A stretch of DNA of 48,073 nucleotides from Oscillospiraceae bacterium. Lineage in GTDB: Bacteria > Bacillota > Clostridia > Oscillospirales > Ruminococcaceae. The stretch is taken from assembly GCA_016303235.1 (NCBI GenBank), contig JAEDMB010000001.1:1-48073 (forward strand), written 5' to 3'. Shown here one piece after another: positions 9,122 through 18,639 of the stretch (position 1 is the first letter of the stretch; every line of letters begins with the position of its first letter). A program made the position numbers and the translations under genes. Under the pieces are notes generated by a model, which had not been told where the DNA came from, did not search any database, and was given only the letters and a program-made list of their open reading frames with translations.

Positions 9122-10780
9122 CTAAATAAATTTTTTTATAATATCTTCTTTGTTTTCAATATGCGTATTTCTGATTTTTTCACGCAGAGGAAGAACCATT
9201 GACGGCGAAACAGAAAGTTCATCTGTGCCGATTGCAAGGAAAAATTCAGTAAGCTCCAAATCACTTCCCAGCTCTCCGCATATTCCTGCCCATATATTGT
9301 TTTTGTGTGCATTTTCAACGGCAGTTTTAATCATTCGCAGAATTGCCTTGTGATGTGTGTCGCAGAATTTTTCAAGTTCCGGATTCTGTCTGTCGAGTGC
9401 AAGCGTATACTGTATCAAATCATTTGTGCCTATACTGAAAAAATCGACTTCCTTTGCAAGAATATCGCTAATCATAACGGAGGCGGGGGTTTCAATCATT
9501 ATACCGGTTTCAATATCGGAACTGAACGGTATTCCGGAGCTTTTAAGCTCATTTTTTACTTCGCTTATGATTTTTTTAATCTGAAGAATTTCATCACAGG
9601 AAATAATCATAGGGAACATAATTCCGAGATTTCCGAATACTGATGCACGGTACAGGGCTCGGAGCTGTACCTTGAAAATATCCGGATTTGCAAGGCATAT
9701 TCTCACTGCACGAAAGCCGAGTGCCGGATTTTCTTCTTTTTTGAGCTTAAAATAATCAATCTGTTTGTCAGCACCTATATCAAGTGTTCTGACGATAACC
9801 TTTTTTCCTGCCATACATTCAAGAACCTTTTTATAGCAACGGAACTGTGTTTCTTCATCGGGGAAATCACTGCTTTCAAGATAAAGAAATTCACTGCGGA
9901 AAAGTCCGATTCCTCCGGCATCGTTTTCGAGTACAGAGCCGAGGTCATTAAGACCGCCTATATTTGCGTATATATTTATTTTCTGACCGTCAGGTGTAAT
10001 ATTTTCCTTGTCTTTCAGATTCTGCAGAAGTTTTCTTTTAAGAAGTTCATCATCACGTTTTTTCAGCATTTCCGATTTTGTTTTCTCATCGGGATTTATA
10101 TAGACAGTTCCGGAAAAGCCGTCTGCAATAGCCTCCATACCATCAAACTCCTCCGAAAGCTCCGAACCTGTTCCGATAACTGCTGGAATATTCATAGTTC
10201 TTGCAAGTATTGCCGTATGCGAATTTGCTGAACCTTCGGCAGTACAGAATCCTGCAATTTCTGATTTATTCATCTGAACTGTTTCAGACGGCACAAGGTC
10301 AACGGCAAAAATAATTGAATTTTTTTCCGTAATATCAGTATTTTCCGGTTTATTCATAAGGTTTTTAATAAGCCTTGCGGAAATATCCTTTATATCCGCT
10401 GAACGTTCACGCATATATTCATTATCCATAGCCGAAAACATTTCCGTAAAGTTATCGCAGGTAACTGATACGGCATATTCAGCATTTAAATTCTGTGAGC
10501 GTATGATATTTTCAACAGATTCCAGATAATCCGAATCATCAAGCATCATCTGATGTATTTCAAAAATCTGTGCATTTGCTTTTCCTACTTCTTTCAACGC
10601 CTTTTCGTAGAGATTTTTCAGTTCAGAAATTGTAATTTCCCTTGCTTTTCTGAATCTTTCTGTTTCTTTTTCGGGATTTTCAACGTGAATACGCTTTATA
10701 AGCATATTTTCACGCTTATGGAATTTTACTCTGCCTATTGCAATTCCTCCCGAAACGCCTTTTCCGTGAAGTATCTTCAT
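9122..10780 (-). CDS. ptsI: PEP-protein phosphotransferase (PTS enzyme I)
   Basis: Phospho-His motif GSANSHTAILAR, GIGLFRSEF, RTLDIGADK, SIGTNDLIQY, GICGE. Confidence 0.96.
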   Translation of the reverse strand: MKILHGKGVSGGIAIGRVKFHKRENMLIKRIHVENPEKETERFRKAREITISELKNLYEKALKEVGKANAQIFEIHQMMLDDSDYLESVENIIRSQNLNAEYAVSVTCDNFTEMFSAMDNEYMRERSADIKDISARLIKNLMNKPENTDITEKNSIIFAVDLVPSETVQMNKSEIAGFCTAEGSANSHTAILARTMNIPAVIGTGSELSEEFDGMEAIADGFSGTVYINPDEKTKSEMLKKRDDELLKRKLLQNLKDKENITPDGQKINIYANIGGLNDLGSVLENDAGGIGLFRSEFLYLESSDFPDEETQFRCYKKVLECMAGKKVIVRTLDIGADKQIDYFKLKKEENPALGFRAVRICLANPDIFKVQLRALYRASVFGNLGIMFPMIISCDEILQIKKIISEVKNELKSSGIPFSSDIETGIMIETPASVMISDILAKEVDFFSIGTNDLIQYTLALDRQNPELEKFCDTHHKAILRMIKTAVENAHKNNIWAGICGELGSDLELTEFFLAIGTDELSVSPSMVLPLREKIRNTHIENKEDIIKKFI

Positions 10781-10864
10781 TAATATTCACACTCCTTTTA
10801 TTTTATTTATATTATATACATTGTCTTCCCGAATATTTAAAATAAAAAAATTTCAGAACTGTTA

Positions 10865-10893
10865 TTGACATTCTGATTTGATTATGTTAAAAT
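10865..10893 (+). promoter_or_regulatory. sigmaA promoter of the NADAR gene
   Basis: TTGACA (10865-10870), 17 nt, TGn-TAAAAT (10888-10893). Confidence 0.7.
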
Positions 10894-10925
10894 AAAGAAA
10901 AACACATAAAGGAGTGCTGTTGAAA

Positions 10926-11417
10926 ATGCAGAAAATTATATGTTTTCACAATCCTAAAGAAATTAACGGATTCCTCAGCAACTGGTATCCAAGCAGATTC
11001 AAAGATGAAAACGGAATATTTTATACATCTATGGAACAGTATATGATGTATCAGAAAGCCATTCTTTTCGGAGATAAGAAAACTGCTGAAAAAATTCTCA
11101 GCATAGATGATGTCGGAAAAATCAAAGCTCTCGGCAGACAGGTTTCAGATTTCAATGAAAAAATATGGTCTGAAAATAAATTCAATATAGTTTATAACGG
11201 TGTTTATATGAAATTCAGTCAGAATCCGGAACTTAAAGCAAAACTTCTTTCCTATGAAAGAGACTGTATTTTTGCGGAATGTGCAGTGTATGATAAAATC
11301 TGGGGAATAGGTCTTTCAATGCATAACCCCGACAGATTTAACAAATCGTGCTGGCTTGGTGAAAATCTTCTCGGAAAAGCTATAACAGAAGTCAGGGATA
11401 ATCTGATTGAAAAGTAA
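10926..11417 (+). CDS. NADAR family N-glycosidase (YbiA/RibX-like)
   Basis: FLSNWY, SMEQYMMYQKA, KALGR, KFSQNPEL, DKIWGIG, GENLLGK; start is ATG 10926 or TTG 10920. Confidence 0.9.
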   Translation: MQKIICFHNPKEINGFLSNWYPSRFKDENGIFYTSMEQYMMYQKAILFGDKKTAEKILSIDDVGKIKALGRQVSDFNEKIWSENKFNIVYNGVYMKFSQNPELKAKLLSYERDCIFAECAVYDKIWGIGLSMHNPDRFNKSCWLGENLLGKAITEVRDNLIEK

Positions 11418-11430
11418 ATTCTAAAGCAGT

Positions 11431-11451
11431 CGGGCGACCATTGGTCGCCCG
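11431..11451. repeat. Perfect GC-rich palindrome (terminator-like or REP-like)
   Basis: CGGGCGACCA-T-TGGTCGCCCG in AT-rich intergenic DNA; only a weak T tail. Confidence 0.6.
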
Positions 11452-11478
11452 TTATTTATATTTTACGTAAAAAATTCG

Positions 11479-11535
11479 ATTTAACATAAATTTTCGATAA
11501 CAATGGTTTTGAATTTAACATATCAGCAGTATACT
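11479..11535 (+). promoter_or_regulatory. Candidate Pho box promoter of the pst operon
   Basis: Direct repeat ATTTAACATA at 11479 and 11513, containing the PhoP-like TTAACA; the second TTAACA ends 9 nt before -10 TATACT (11530-11535); no good -35. Confidence 0.45.
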
Positions 11536-11568
11536 TAAACTAAAGAAAAACAAAGGAGTTAATTATCT

Positions 11569-12387
11569 ATGAAAAAAATGATTTGTTACGCATCAGCATT
11601 AATAATGTGCCTTTCAGTTTTTGCAGGCTGTGGAAATTCTGAAAGCAGTTCCGGAGGAACAGTTTCAACAGACGGTTCAACATCTATGGAAAAGGTAATC
11701 GGAGCTTTGGGTGAAGATTTTCAGGCAAAAAATGCCGGAACATCTTTTACATACAATCCGACAGGTTCAGGCTCGGGAATTACAGCCGTATCGGAGGGAA
11801 GATGTGACATAGGTCTTTCAAGCAGAAAGCTTAAAGATGACGAAAAAGCAAAGGGACTTACTGAAACAGTTCTCGCCTATGACGGAATTGCAGTTATAGT
11901 CAATCCTGCAAACAATGTCGATGATTTAAGCCTTGAGGAAATTTCAAAAATCTACAAGGGTGAAATCACTAACTGGAGCGAACTCGGAGGAAGTGACCTT
12001 GATATTGTCCTTATAGGACGTGAGGCAGGAAGCGGTACAAGAGACGGCTTTGAAACCGTAACAGGTACAGAAGATTTATGCAAATACCGTCAGGAGCTTA
12101 CTTCTACCGGAGATGTTATTACAACTGTCGGCAGTAATGAAAATGCAATCGGATATGCCTCTTTGGCATCAGTCAAGGATACTGTCAAGGCAGTTTCAGT
12201 TGACGGAGTTTTTCCGACAGAGGAAACCGTTAAAGATGGCAGTTATGCTGTTCAGAGACCTTTTGTCCTTGTTACAAAATCAGACAAACAGCTTTCCGAT
12301 ACGGCACAGAAATTCTTTGACTATGTTCTTTCAGACGATGCAAAGAGTATCATTTACAGTGCAGGTGTAGTTCCTGCAAAGGACTGA
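11569..12387 (+). CDS. pstS: Phosphate ABC transporter substrate-binding lipoprotein
   Basis: Lipobox FAGC, DGSTSM, GSGSG, GREAGSGTRD. Confidence 0.95.
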   Translation: MKKMICYASALIMCLSVFAGCGNSESSSGGTVSTDGSTSMEKVIGALGEDFQAKNAGTSFTYNPTGSGSGITAVSEGRCDIGLSSRKLKDDEKAKGLTETVLAYDGIAVIVNPANNVDDLSLEEISKIYKGEITNWSELGGSDLDIVLIGREAGSGTRDGFETVTGTEDLCKYRQELTSTGDVITTVGSNENAIGYASLASVKDTVKAVSVDGVFPTEETVKDGSYAVQRPFVLVTKSDKQLSDTAQKFFDYVLSDDAKSIIYSAGVVPAKD

Positions 12388-12392
12388 TTGAT

Positions 12393-13262
12393 ATGAAAAA
12401 TAAAAGTAAAGTTTTTGAAGATATTATACACGGCATATTTTTAATACTTGGTCTTATTACAGTAGGCTGTGTGCTTCTTATAACCGTATACCTTATTGTT
12501 GCAGGTATTCCGGCAATACGTGAAATAGGACTTTTCAAGTTCCTTTTCGGAAAGACATGGGCATCAACGGCAAGTACTCCGTCATATGGAATACTTCCGT
12601 TTATAATGACAAGTATTTACGGTACAGCAGGAGCAATTCTTCTCGGCGTTCCGGTCGGATTTTTTACAGCGGTATATCTTGCAAAGATTGCCCCTCTGAA
12701 AGTAAAAAGAGCTGTTGAAACGGCAGTTAAACTGCTTGCGGGAATACCGTCTGTTGTATATGGTCTTGTCGGAATGCTTGTACTTGTGCCGTTTGTAAAG
12801 AAATTATTTAATCTTTCTGACGGAGCAAGCCTGTTTGCAGCAATTATAGTTCTTGCAGTAATGATTCTTCCGTCAATCATATCAGTATCAATGACGGCTC
12901 TTGAATCAGTTCCGAAAGAATATGAGGACGCATCTCTTGCACTCGGAGCAACTCCGATAGAAACATATTTCAGAGTATCAGTTCCGGCAGCAAAAAGCGG
13001 TATTGCAGCAGCTGTTGTACTCGGAGTAGGCAGAGCTATCGGCGAAGCTATGGCTGTTATGATGGTTTCGGGAAACGTTCCGAATATGCCGTCACTTTTT
13101 CAGAGTGTCCGTTTTCTTACGACAGCAGTCGCAAGCGAAATGTCATATTCATCGGGATTGCAGAGACAGGCACTCTTTTCAATAGCACTTGTACTGTTTC
13201 TGTTCATAATGCTTATAAATGTGGCTCTTAACTTCTTTCTGAAGCGTGACAAGGAGAAATGA
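12393..13262 (+). CDS. pstC: Phosphate ABC transporter permease
   Basis: LAGIPSVVYG, ASLALGAT, GRAIGEAMAV. Confidence 0.95.
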   Translation: MKNKSKVFEDIIHGIFLILGLITVGCVLLITVYLIVAGIPAIREIGLFKFLFGKTWASTASTPSYGILPFIMTSIYGTAGAILLGVPVGFFTAVYLAKIAPLKVKRAVETAVKLLAGIPSVVYGLVGMLVLVPFVKKLFNLSDGASLFAAIIVLAVMILPSIISVSMTALESVPKEYEDASLALGATPIETYFRVSVPAAKSGIAAAVVLGVGRAIGEAMAVMMVSGNVPNMPSLFQSVRFLTTAVASEMSYSSGLQRQALFSIALVLFLFIMLINVALNFFLKRDKEK

Positions 13263-14182
13263 TTATGGAAAATGTAAAAACAATTTCGCTCACAAGAGAG
13301 AATACAAAAGTATCTTCGGGACGCAAGACATATATATGTATTATGAAAATCCTTATGGCATTATCGGTTACTTTTACATGTGCAATAACAATTTTCATAA
13401 TAGGATACGTTTTATTTAAGGGAATACCTAATATTTCGTGGGAACTTCTTTCAACTTCACCGAGTTATCTTTCCGGAAAAATAGGAATACTTCCTGATAT
13501 TATGAATACGCTTTATATTCTTCTTGCCTCTCTTTTAATTGTGCTTCCTCTTGGAGTCGGTTCAGCGGTATATCTTACAGAATACGCAAAGAATAAAAAG
13601 CTTGTGGGAATTATTGAATATGCATCGGAAACGCTTTCGGGTATTCCGTCAATAATATACGGACTTGTCGGAATGTTATTCTTCTGTCAGTTTCTGGGAT
13701 TTCAGACATCACTGCTTGCCGGTGCATTAACGCTTGTAATTATGAATCTTCCTACAATTATGAGAACTACTCAGGAAAGCCTGAAAACAGTTCCGCAGAG
13801 TTACCGTGAAGGAGCTTTCGGACTCGGTGCAGGAAAGTGGAGAGTAATCAGAACTGTTGTACTTCCGAACTGCGTTGACGGTGTAATAACAGGCTGTATT
13901 CTTTCAGTAGGCAGAATACTCGGTGAATCAGCTGCACTTCTCTTTACAGCAGGCTTTGCACACACCTTAAACGGATTAATCAGTATTCAGAACGGAGTTA
14001 TTACAAGCGGACTTTCAAGTTCAGGTTCAACTCTTACAGTAGCCCTCTATGTATATGCAAAGGAACAGGGTGAATTTGAAGTTGCATTTGCAATATCAGC
14101 AATTCTTATGATTCTTACAATGATAATAAATCTTTCAGCAGATGCTGTCGGAAGATATTTCAATAAAAGGAGAAGCTCATGA
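13259..14182 (+). CDS. pstA: Phosphate ABC transporter permease
   Basis: [32 protein letters not shown] coupling to pstC. Confidence 0.95.
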   Translation: MIMENVKTISLTRENTKVSSGRKTYICIMKILMALSVTFTCAITIFIIGYVLFKGIPNISWELLSTSPSYLSGKIGILPDIMNTLYILLASLLIVLPLGVGSAVYLTEYAKNKKLVGIIEYASETLSGIPSIIYGLVGMLFFCQFLGFQTSLLAGALTLVIMNLPTIMRTTQESLKTVPQSYREGAFGLGAGKWRVIRTVVLPNCVDGVITGCILSVGRILGESAALLFTAGFAHTLNGLISIQNGVITSGLSSSGSTLTVALYVYAKEQGEFEVAFAISAILMILTMIINLSADAVGRYFNKRRSS

Positions 14183-14934
14183 GTGATATTATAACAGTTA
14201 AAGATATGTGTCTCTGGTACGGAAAAACACAGGCACTCAAAAATATCAACATAAATATCGAGGAAAACAGCATAACGGCTCTGATAGGCCCTTCAGGTTG
14301 CGGAAAGTCAACATTTCTTAAAACTCTTAACCGAATGAATGACCTTGTACCCGATGTAAAAATTACAGGCGATATAAGATATAACGGAAAGGATATATTT
14401 TCACCCGATACCGATGTAAATGAATTAAGGCGTGAAATAGGAATGGTATTTCAGAAACCCAATCCCTTTCCTATGAGTATATATGACAATATTGCATACG
14501 GCCCCCGTACTCACGGTATACGTTCAAAGGCTAAGCTCGATGAAATTGTTGAACGTTCCCTCAGAAATGCAGCAATCTGGGACGAAGTCAAGGACAGACT
14601 GAAAAAATCTGCTCTCGGAATGTCGGGCGGTCAGCAACAGCGACTCTGTATCGCAAGAGCTTTGGCAGTAGAACCGAAAATTCTCCTTATGGACGAACCG
14701 ACTTCCGCCCTTGACCCTATTTCAACTTCCAAAATAGAAGACCTTGCAATTGAACTGAAAAAGGAGTATACTATTATTATAGTTACTCACAATATGCAAC
14801 AGGCTGTCAGAATTTCTGACAATACAGCATTTTTCCTTCTCGGAGATTTAATCGAATACGGCAATACTGAAGAAATGTTCAGTCAGCCGAAAAATAAGAA
14901 AACTGAAGATTATATTACAGGAAGGTTTGGTTAA
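14179..14934 (+). CDS. pstB: Phosphate ABC transporter ATPase
   Basis: [41 protein letters not shown]. Confidence 0.97.
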   Translation: MSDIITVKDMCLWYGKTQALKNININIEENSITALIGPSGCGKSTFLKTLNRMNDLVPDVKITGDIRYNGKDIFSPDTDVNELRREIGMVFQKPNPFPMSIYDNIAYGPRTHGIRSKAKLDEIVERSLRNAAIWDEVKDRLKKSALGMSGGQQQRLCIARALAVEPKILLMDEPTSALDPISTSKIEDLAIELKKEYTIIIVTHNMQQAVRISDNTAFFLLGDLIEYGNTEEMFSQPKNKKTEDYITGRFG

Positions 14935-14935
14935 T

Positions 14936-15580
14936 ATGAGAAACAGATTTGACAGCCAGCTTGATTTGCTTAATCAGAAAATGATTGAAATGGGTTCTAT
15001 GTGCGAGGAAATAATTGCACTTACGGCAAAGGCTCTTAAAACAGGTGACGAAAAACTTGCAAAAAAAGTACCCCTCCTTGAAAATGATATTGACCATATG
15101 GAAAGGGATATTGAATCGCTTTGTTTAAGACTTCTTTTACAGCAACAGCCTGTTGCAAGGGATTTGCGTCAGATTTCGGGAGCTTTGAAAATGATTACCG
15201 ATATGGAACGTATAGGAGACCAGTCGGAGGATATTTCGGAATTTATAAAATATCTCGGTGACAAGGCAAAAGATGACTGTCAGTATATCTATCTTATGGC
15301 AGAATCAGCTATAAAAATGGTTTCCGACAGTGTCGAGGCATACGTTAAAAAGGATATAGCTCTTGCAAAATCAGCAATTGAATACGATGATGTAATTGAT
15401 GATTATTTTATCAAGACAAAGAAAACAATCATAAATCTGATAGAACAGAAATCAAATGACGGTGAGTATCTTCTTGACCTGCTTATGGTTGCAAAATATT
15501 TTGAGCGTATCGGCGACCACGCTGTAAATATTGCGGAATGGGTGGAATTTTCCGTTGCCGGTGTGCATAAAGGAGATTAG
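14936..15580 (+). CDS. phoU: Phosphate signalling protein PhoU
   Basis: QQPVARDLR and two ERIGD repeats. Confidence 0.95.
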   Translation: MRNRFDSQLDLLNQKMIEMGSMCEEIIALTAKALKTGDEKLAKKVPLLENDIDHMERDIESLCLRLLLQQQPVARDLRQISGALKMITDMERIGDQSEDISEFIKYLGDKAKDDCQYIYLMAESAIKMVSDSVEAYVKKDIALAKSAIEYDDVIDDYFIKTKKTIINLIEQKSNDGEYLLDLLMVAKYFERIGDHAVNIAEWVEFSVAGVHKGD

Positions 15581-15585
15581 CCAAT

Positions 15586-16263
15586 ATGATTTGGTGCATT
15601 GAAGATGATAAAAACATTCGTGATATTGAAATTTATACTCTTAAATCAACCGGCTTTGAAGCTGTCGGATTTTCAAACGGCAGGGATTTCTTCAAAGCCC
15701 TTGAAACTCACATTCCGGAGCTGATTATACTTGATATTATGCTCCCCGATATGGACGGAGTCGAAATTCTTAAAAGACTCAAGCAAAATTCAAAGTCAAG
15801 TGACATTCCTGTCATTATGGCAACAGCAAAGGGTATGGAATACGATAAAATCCAGAGCCTTGACCTCGGTGCGGACGATTACCTTGTAAAGCCCTTTGGT
15901 ATGATGGAAATGGTTTCACGCATAAAAGCCGTATTGAGAAGATGTCATACTGCAAAGGAAAATTCCATTCTTAAATACGGAACACTTTCCGTTGATTTGG
16001 AACAGCATGTTGTAACTCTTGACGGTGAACGTGTTATGCTGACATACAAGGAATTTGAACTTCTCCGCCTTTTTCTGACTAATATCGGAACGGTATTCAC
16101 AAGAGATACACTTTTCAGCCAGATATGGGGAGAGGAATATATCGGGGAATCAAGAACTATTGATGTTCATATCCGTATGCTCCGCCATAAAATAGGAAAA
16201 TACGGCGAAAAAATTGAAACTGTCCGCAATGTGGGCTACCGTATGGAGGCTTTTGAACAATGA
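15586..16263 (+). CDS. phoP: OmpR/PhoB-family response regulator
   Basis: IEDD, ILDIMLP, GADDYLVKPF, SRTIDVHI, ETVRNVGY; located in the pst-phoU operon. Confidence 0.88.
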   Translation: MIWCIEDDKNIRDIEIYTLKSTGFEAVGFSNGRDFFKALETHIPELIILDIMLPDMDGVEILKRLKQNSKSSDIPVIMATAKGMEYDKIQSLDLGADDYLVKPFGMMEMVSRIKAVLRRCHTAKENSILKYGTLSVDLEQHVVTLDGERVMLTYKEFELLRLFLTNIGTVFTRDTLFSQIWGEEYIGESRTIDVHIRMLRHKIGKYGEKIETVRNVGYRMEAFEQ

Positions 16264-17906
16264 CAAAAAGAATTTTCCGTGCTGTATGTATTACTTCCGT
16301 GACAGTTCTGCTTGCAAGCATTATTCTGATTATGGGTGTTCTTTATGAGTATTTCAATGAAGTGCGTAAAAATCAGATTAAATCCGAGCTTTCGCTTGCA
16401 AAAAATGCTGTTGAAGCAGAGGGAATTTCATATCTTGAAAAGCTTGAAAAATCAGATTACCGCCTTACATGGATTGACAAGTCGGGAAATATTCTGTTTG
16501 ACAGTCAGAGCAATTCCGAAAATATGGAAAATCATCTTGAACGTGAGGAAGTAAAAAAAGCTTTTGAAACAGGTTCGGGCGAAAGTGAACGCTATTCATC
16601 AACGCTGACTGAAAAAATGATATATTGTGCGGAACTTCTTGACGATGGCACTGTTCTCAGAATATCGGCGAGTCAGCTGACTGTACTGACGCTTTTTCTC
16701 GGAATAGCACAGCCGATAGCAATAGTTTTTGTAATTGCACTTGTTATATCATTCTTTTTTGCATCAAGGATTTCAAAACGTATTGTTGAACCCCTTAATT
16801 CAATAGATTTAAACAACCCTCTCGAAAATGATGCATATGATGAAATATCACCGCTTTTAAGCAGAATTGCAAATCAGCAGAAACAGATAAAATTACAGGA
16901 AAACGAACTTAATCAGAGAAAAAATGAATTTCTTGCTATAACTTCAAATATGAATGAAGGTCTTGTGCTTCTCGGAAAGGATAAGAAAATTATAAGCCTT
17001 AACCCTTCTGCAGAATCATTCTTTACATCAGAAAGCGACTGCACAGGAAAATCATTTATAGAAATTGAAAGAAGTTCCGAAATTATTCGTTCTCTTGAAA
17101 AGGCTGAACTGAATGATACAAGCGAAGTTCAGATTAACCGTAACGGAAGAATTTTTCAGCTTAATATAAGCTGTATAAGAGATACCGGAGAGCTTTCCGG
17201 TTTTGTAATACTGATTTTTGACATTACCGAAAAAAGCGATTCTGAAAACCGTCGCAGAGAATTTACTGCCAATGTTTCACATGAGCTTAAATCCCCTCTG
17301 CAGTCTATTATGGGCAGTGCAGAGCTTATTGAAACCGGAATAGTCAAAAAGGAAGATATGCCGAAATTTATCGGAAATATACGTTCCGAGGCGACAAGAC
17401 TTCTTACACTTATTAATGATATAATAAAGCTTTCACAGCTTGATGAGGGAACAGTTCTCCCGGAACAGGAATTTGATTTGTATTCTCTTATTAAGGAAAA
17501 TATTGATATTCTTAAGGATTTGGCAGAAAAGAAAAATATATCCGTATCACTTAAGGGCGAAAGCCTGAATATAAAGAGTATACGTCCGCTTGTAAGTGAA
17601 ATTGTATACAATCTTATTGATAATGCAATAAAATACAATATTGAAAACGGAAAAGTAAATGTTACTGTATCGGAAGATGATAAAGGTGTATATTTTTCCG
17701 TTGCCGATACGGGAATAGGTATACCTGCGGAATATCAGGAACGTGTCTTTGAACGCTTTTACCGTGTGGACAAGAGCCATTCAAAGGAAACAGGCGGAAC
17801 AGGTTTAGGGCTTTCGATTGTAAAGCATGCTGTTCAGGATATCGGAGCTGATATTAAGCTTGAAAGCATTTCCGGAAAGGGTACTGTTGTAACAGTAAGA
17901 TTATAA
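16260..17906 (+). CDS. phoR: PhoR-like sensor histidine kinase (TM, PAS, HisKA, HATPase)
   Basis: H-box NVSHELKSPL, NLIDNAIKY, DTGIGI, FERFYRVDKS, GGTGLGLSIVKH. Confidence 0.88.
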   Translation: MTKRIFRAVCITSVTVLLASIILIMGVLYEYFNEVRKNQIKSELSLAKNAVEAEGISYLEKLEKSDYRLTWIDKSGNILFDSQSNSENMENHLEREEVKKAFETGSGESERYSSTLTEKMIYCAELLDDGTVLRISASQLTVLTLFLGIAQPIAIVFVIALVISFFFASRISKRIVEPLNSIDLNNPLENDAYDEISPLLSRIANQQKQIKLQENELNQRKNEFLAITSNMNEGLVLLGKDKKIISLNPSAESFFTSESDCTGKSFIEIERSSEIIRSLEKAELNDTSEVQINRNGRIFQLNISCIRDTGELSGFVILIFDITEKSDSENRRREFTANVSHELKSPLQSIMGSAELIETGIVKKEDMPKFIGNIRSEATRLLTLINDIIKLSQLDEGTVLPEQEFDLYSLIKENIDILKDLAEKKNISVSLKGESLNIKSIRPLVSEIVYNLIDNAIKYNIENGKVNVTVSEDDKGVYFSVADTGIGIPAEYQERVFERFYRVDKSHSKETGGTGLGLSIVKHAVQDIGADIKLESISGKGTVVTVRL

Positions 17907-17980
17907 GTTTTTTCCTCCCTTAAATATTAGTAGCAATTCGCTGTTAAAAACATATTCTGTATAAAAGGAGTGTGTTTATA

Positions 17981-18421
17981 ATGGCGAAATTTTGCTGTGC
18001 ATGTGCGTATTTAAAGGGAAGTGACAGATACCCTGATATTTGCGGGAAAGTCAGTTTCCGACAGCTTGCAAAAGGTGTGCTTGTGACTGCTGAAATATTT
18101 AATCTCCCTGAGGATAAGAGTATTTTTGCTTTTCATATTCATCAGGGAAATCAATGCACGGGCAGTAATGATGACCCTTTTTCAGAATCAGACGGTCATT
18201 TTAATCCCGAAAAAGTTTCTCACCCATATCACAGCGGAGACCTTCCGCCTCTTTTCGGAAATAACGGCTATGCCTATATGTCAGTTCTTTCCGACCGTTT
18301 CAGCCTGAATGATATAATAGGAAAAACAATAATAATTCATATCGGTACTGATGATTTTACTTCACAGCCTGCCGGAAATTCCGGAGAGAAAATTGCATGC
18401 GGAAAAATCCTGAAACTTTAA
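17981..18421 (+). CDS. sodC: Cu/Zn superoxide dismutase family protein without signal peptide
   Basis: FHIH, GHFNP, HPYHSGDL, IIIH, GNSGEKIACG. Confidence 0.85.
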   Translation: MAKFCCACAYLKGSDRYPDICGKVSFRQLAKGVLVTAEIFNLPEDKSIFAFHIHQGNQCTGSNDDPFSESDGHFNPEKVSHPYHSGDLPPLFGNNGYAYMSVLSDRFSLNDIIGKTIIIHIGTDDFTSQPAGNSGEKIACGKILKL

Positions 18422-18507
18422 TAAAATAATCAGGATTAGGATTTTTATTATTATTTTTTGCCGAACGGGGATTTATGTTATTTTTTTCAGAAACTTCCGG
18501 AATGATG

Positions 18508-18536
18508 TTGACATCTGACAAAACAAAATATATAAT
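18508..18536 (+). promoter_or_regulatory. Consensus sigmaA promoter of the ATP-grasp operon
   Basis: TTGACA (18508-18513), 17 nt, TATAAT (18531-18536). Confidence 0.85.
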
Positions 18537-18556
18537 AAATACAGGATATTTTTTAA

Positions 18557-18600
18557 AGGCAAAGGTGCTTCATGTTTATTTTGAAGTACCTTTTTTATTT
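18557..18600 (+). promoter_or_regulatory. Leader attenuator: intrinsic terminator overlapped by an ANTAR-type hexaloop hairpin
   Basis: Terminator AAAGGTGCTTCA (18561-18572) / TGAAGTACCTTT (18582-18593) plus T tract; alternative hairpin AGGC-[AAAGGT]-GCTT (18557-18570) with A1/G4 loop. Confidence 0.7.
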
Positions 18601-18639
18601 GCTTTAAAAATATTACTTTTAAGAAAAGGCGTGATTTAT

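Noticed and set aside
8652..9202. ORFs 8652-9029 and 9014-9202
   Set aside because: They overlap the tRNA, its promoter and terminator; typical tRNA shadow ORFs.
9000..11451. tRNA-Arg as the integration site of an island carrying ptsI and NADAR
   Set aside because: No integrase and no duplicated tRNA 3' end seen; the native terminator directly follows the tRNA.
18475..18639. 55-aa N-terminal extension of the ATP-grasp ORF in the ORF track
   Set aside because: It spans the consensus promoter and attenuator; the RBS and family-like sequence begin at GTG 18640.
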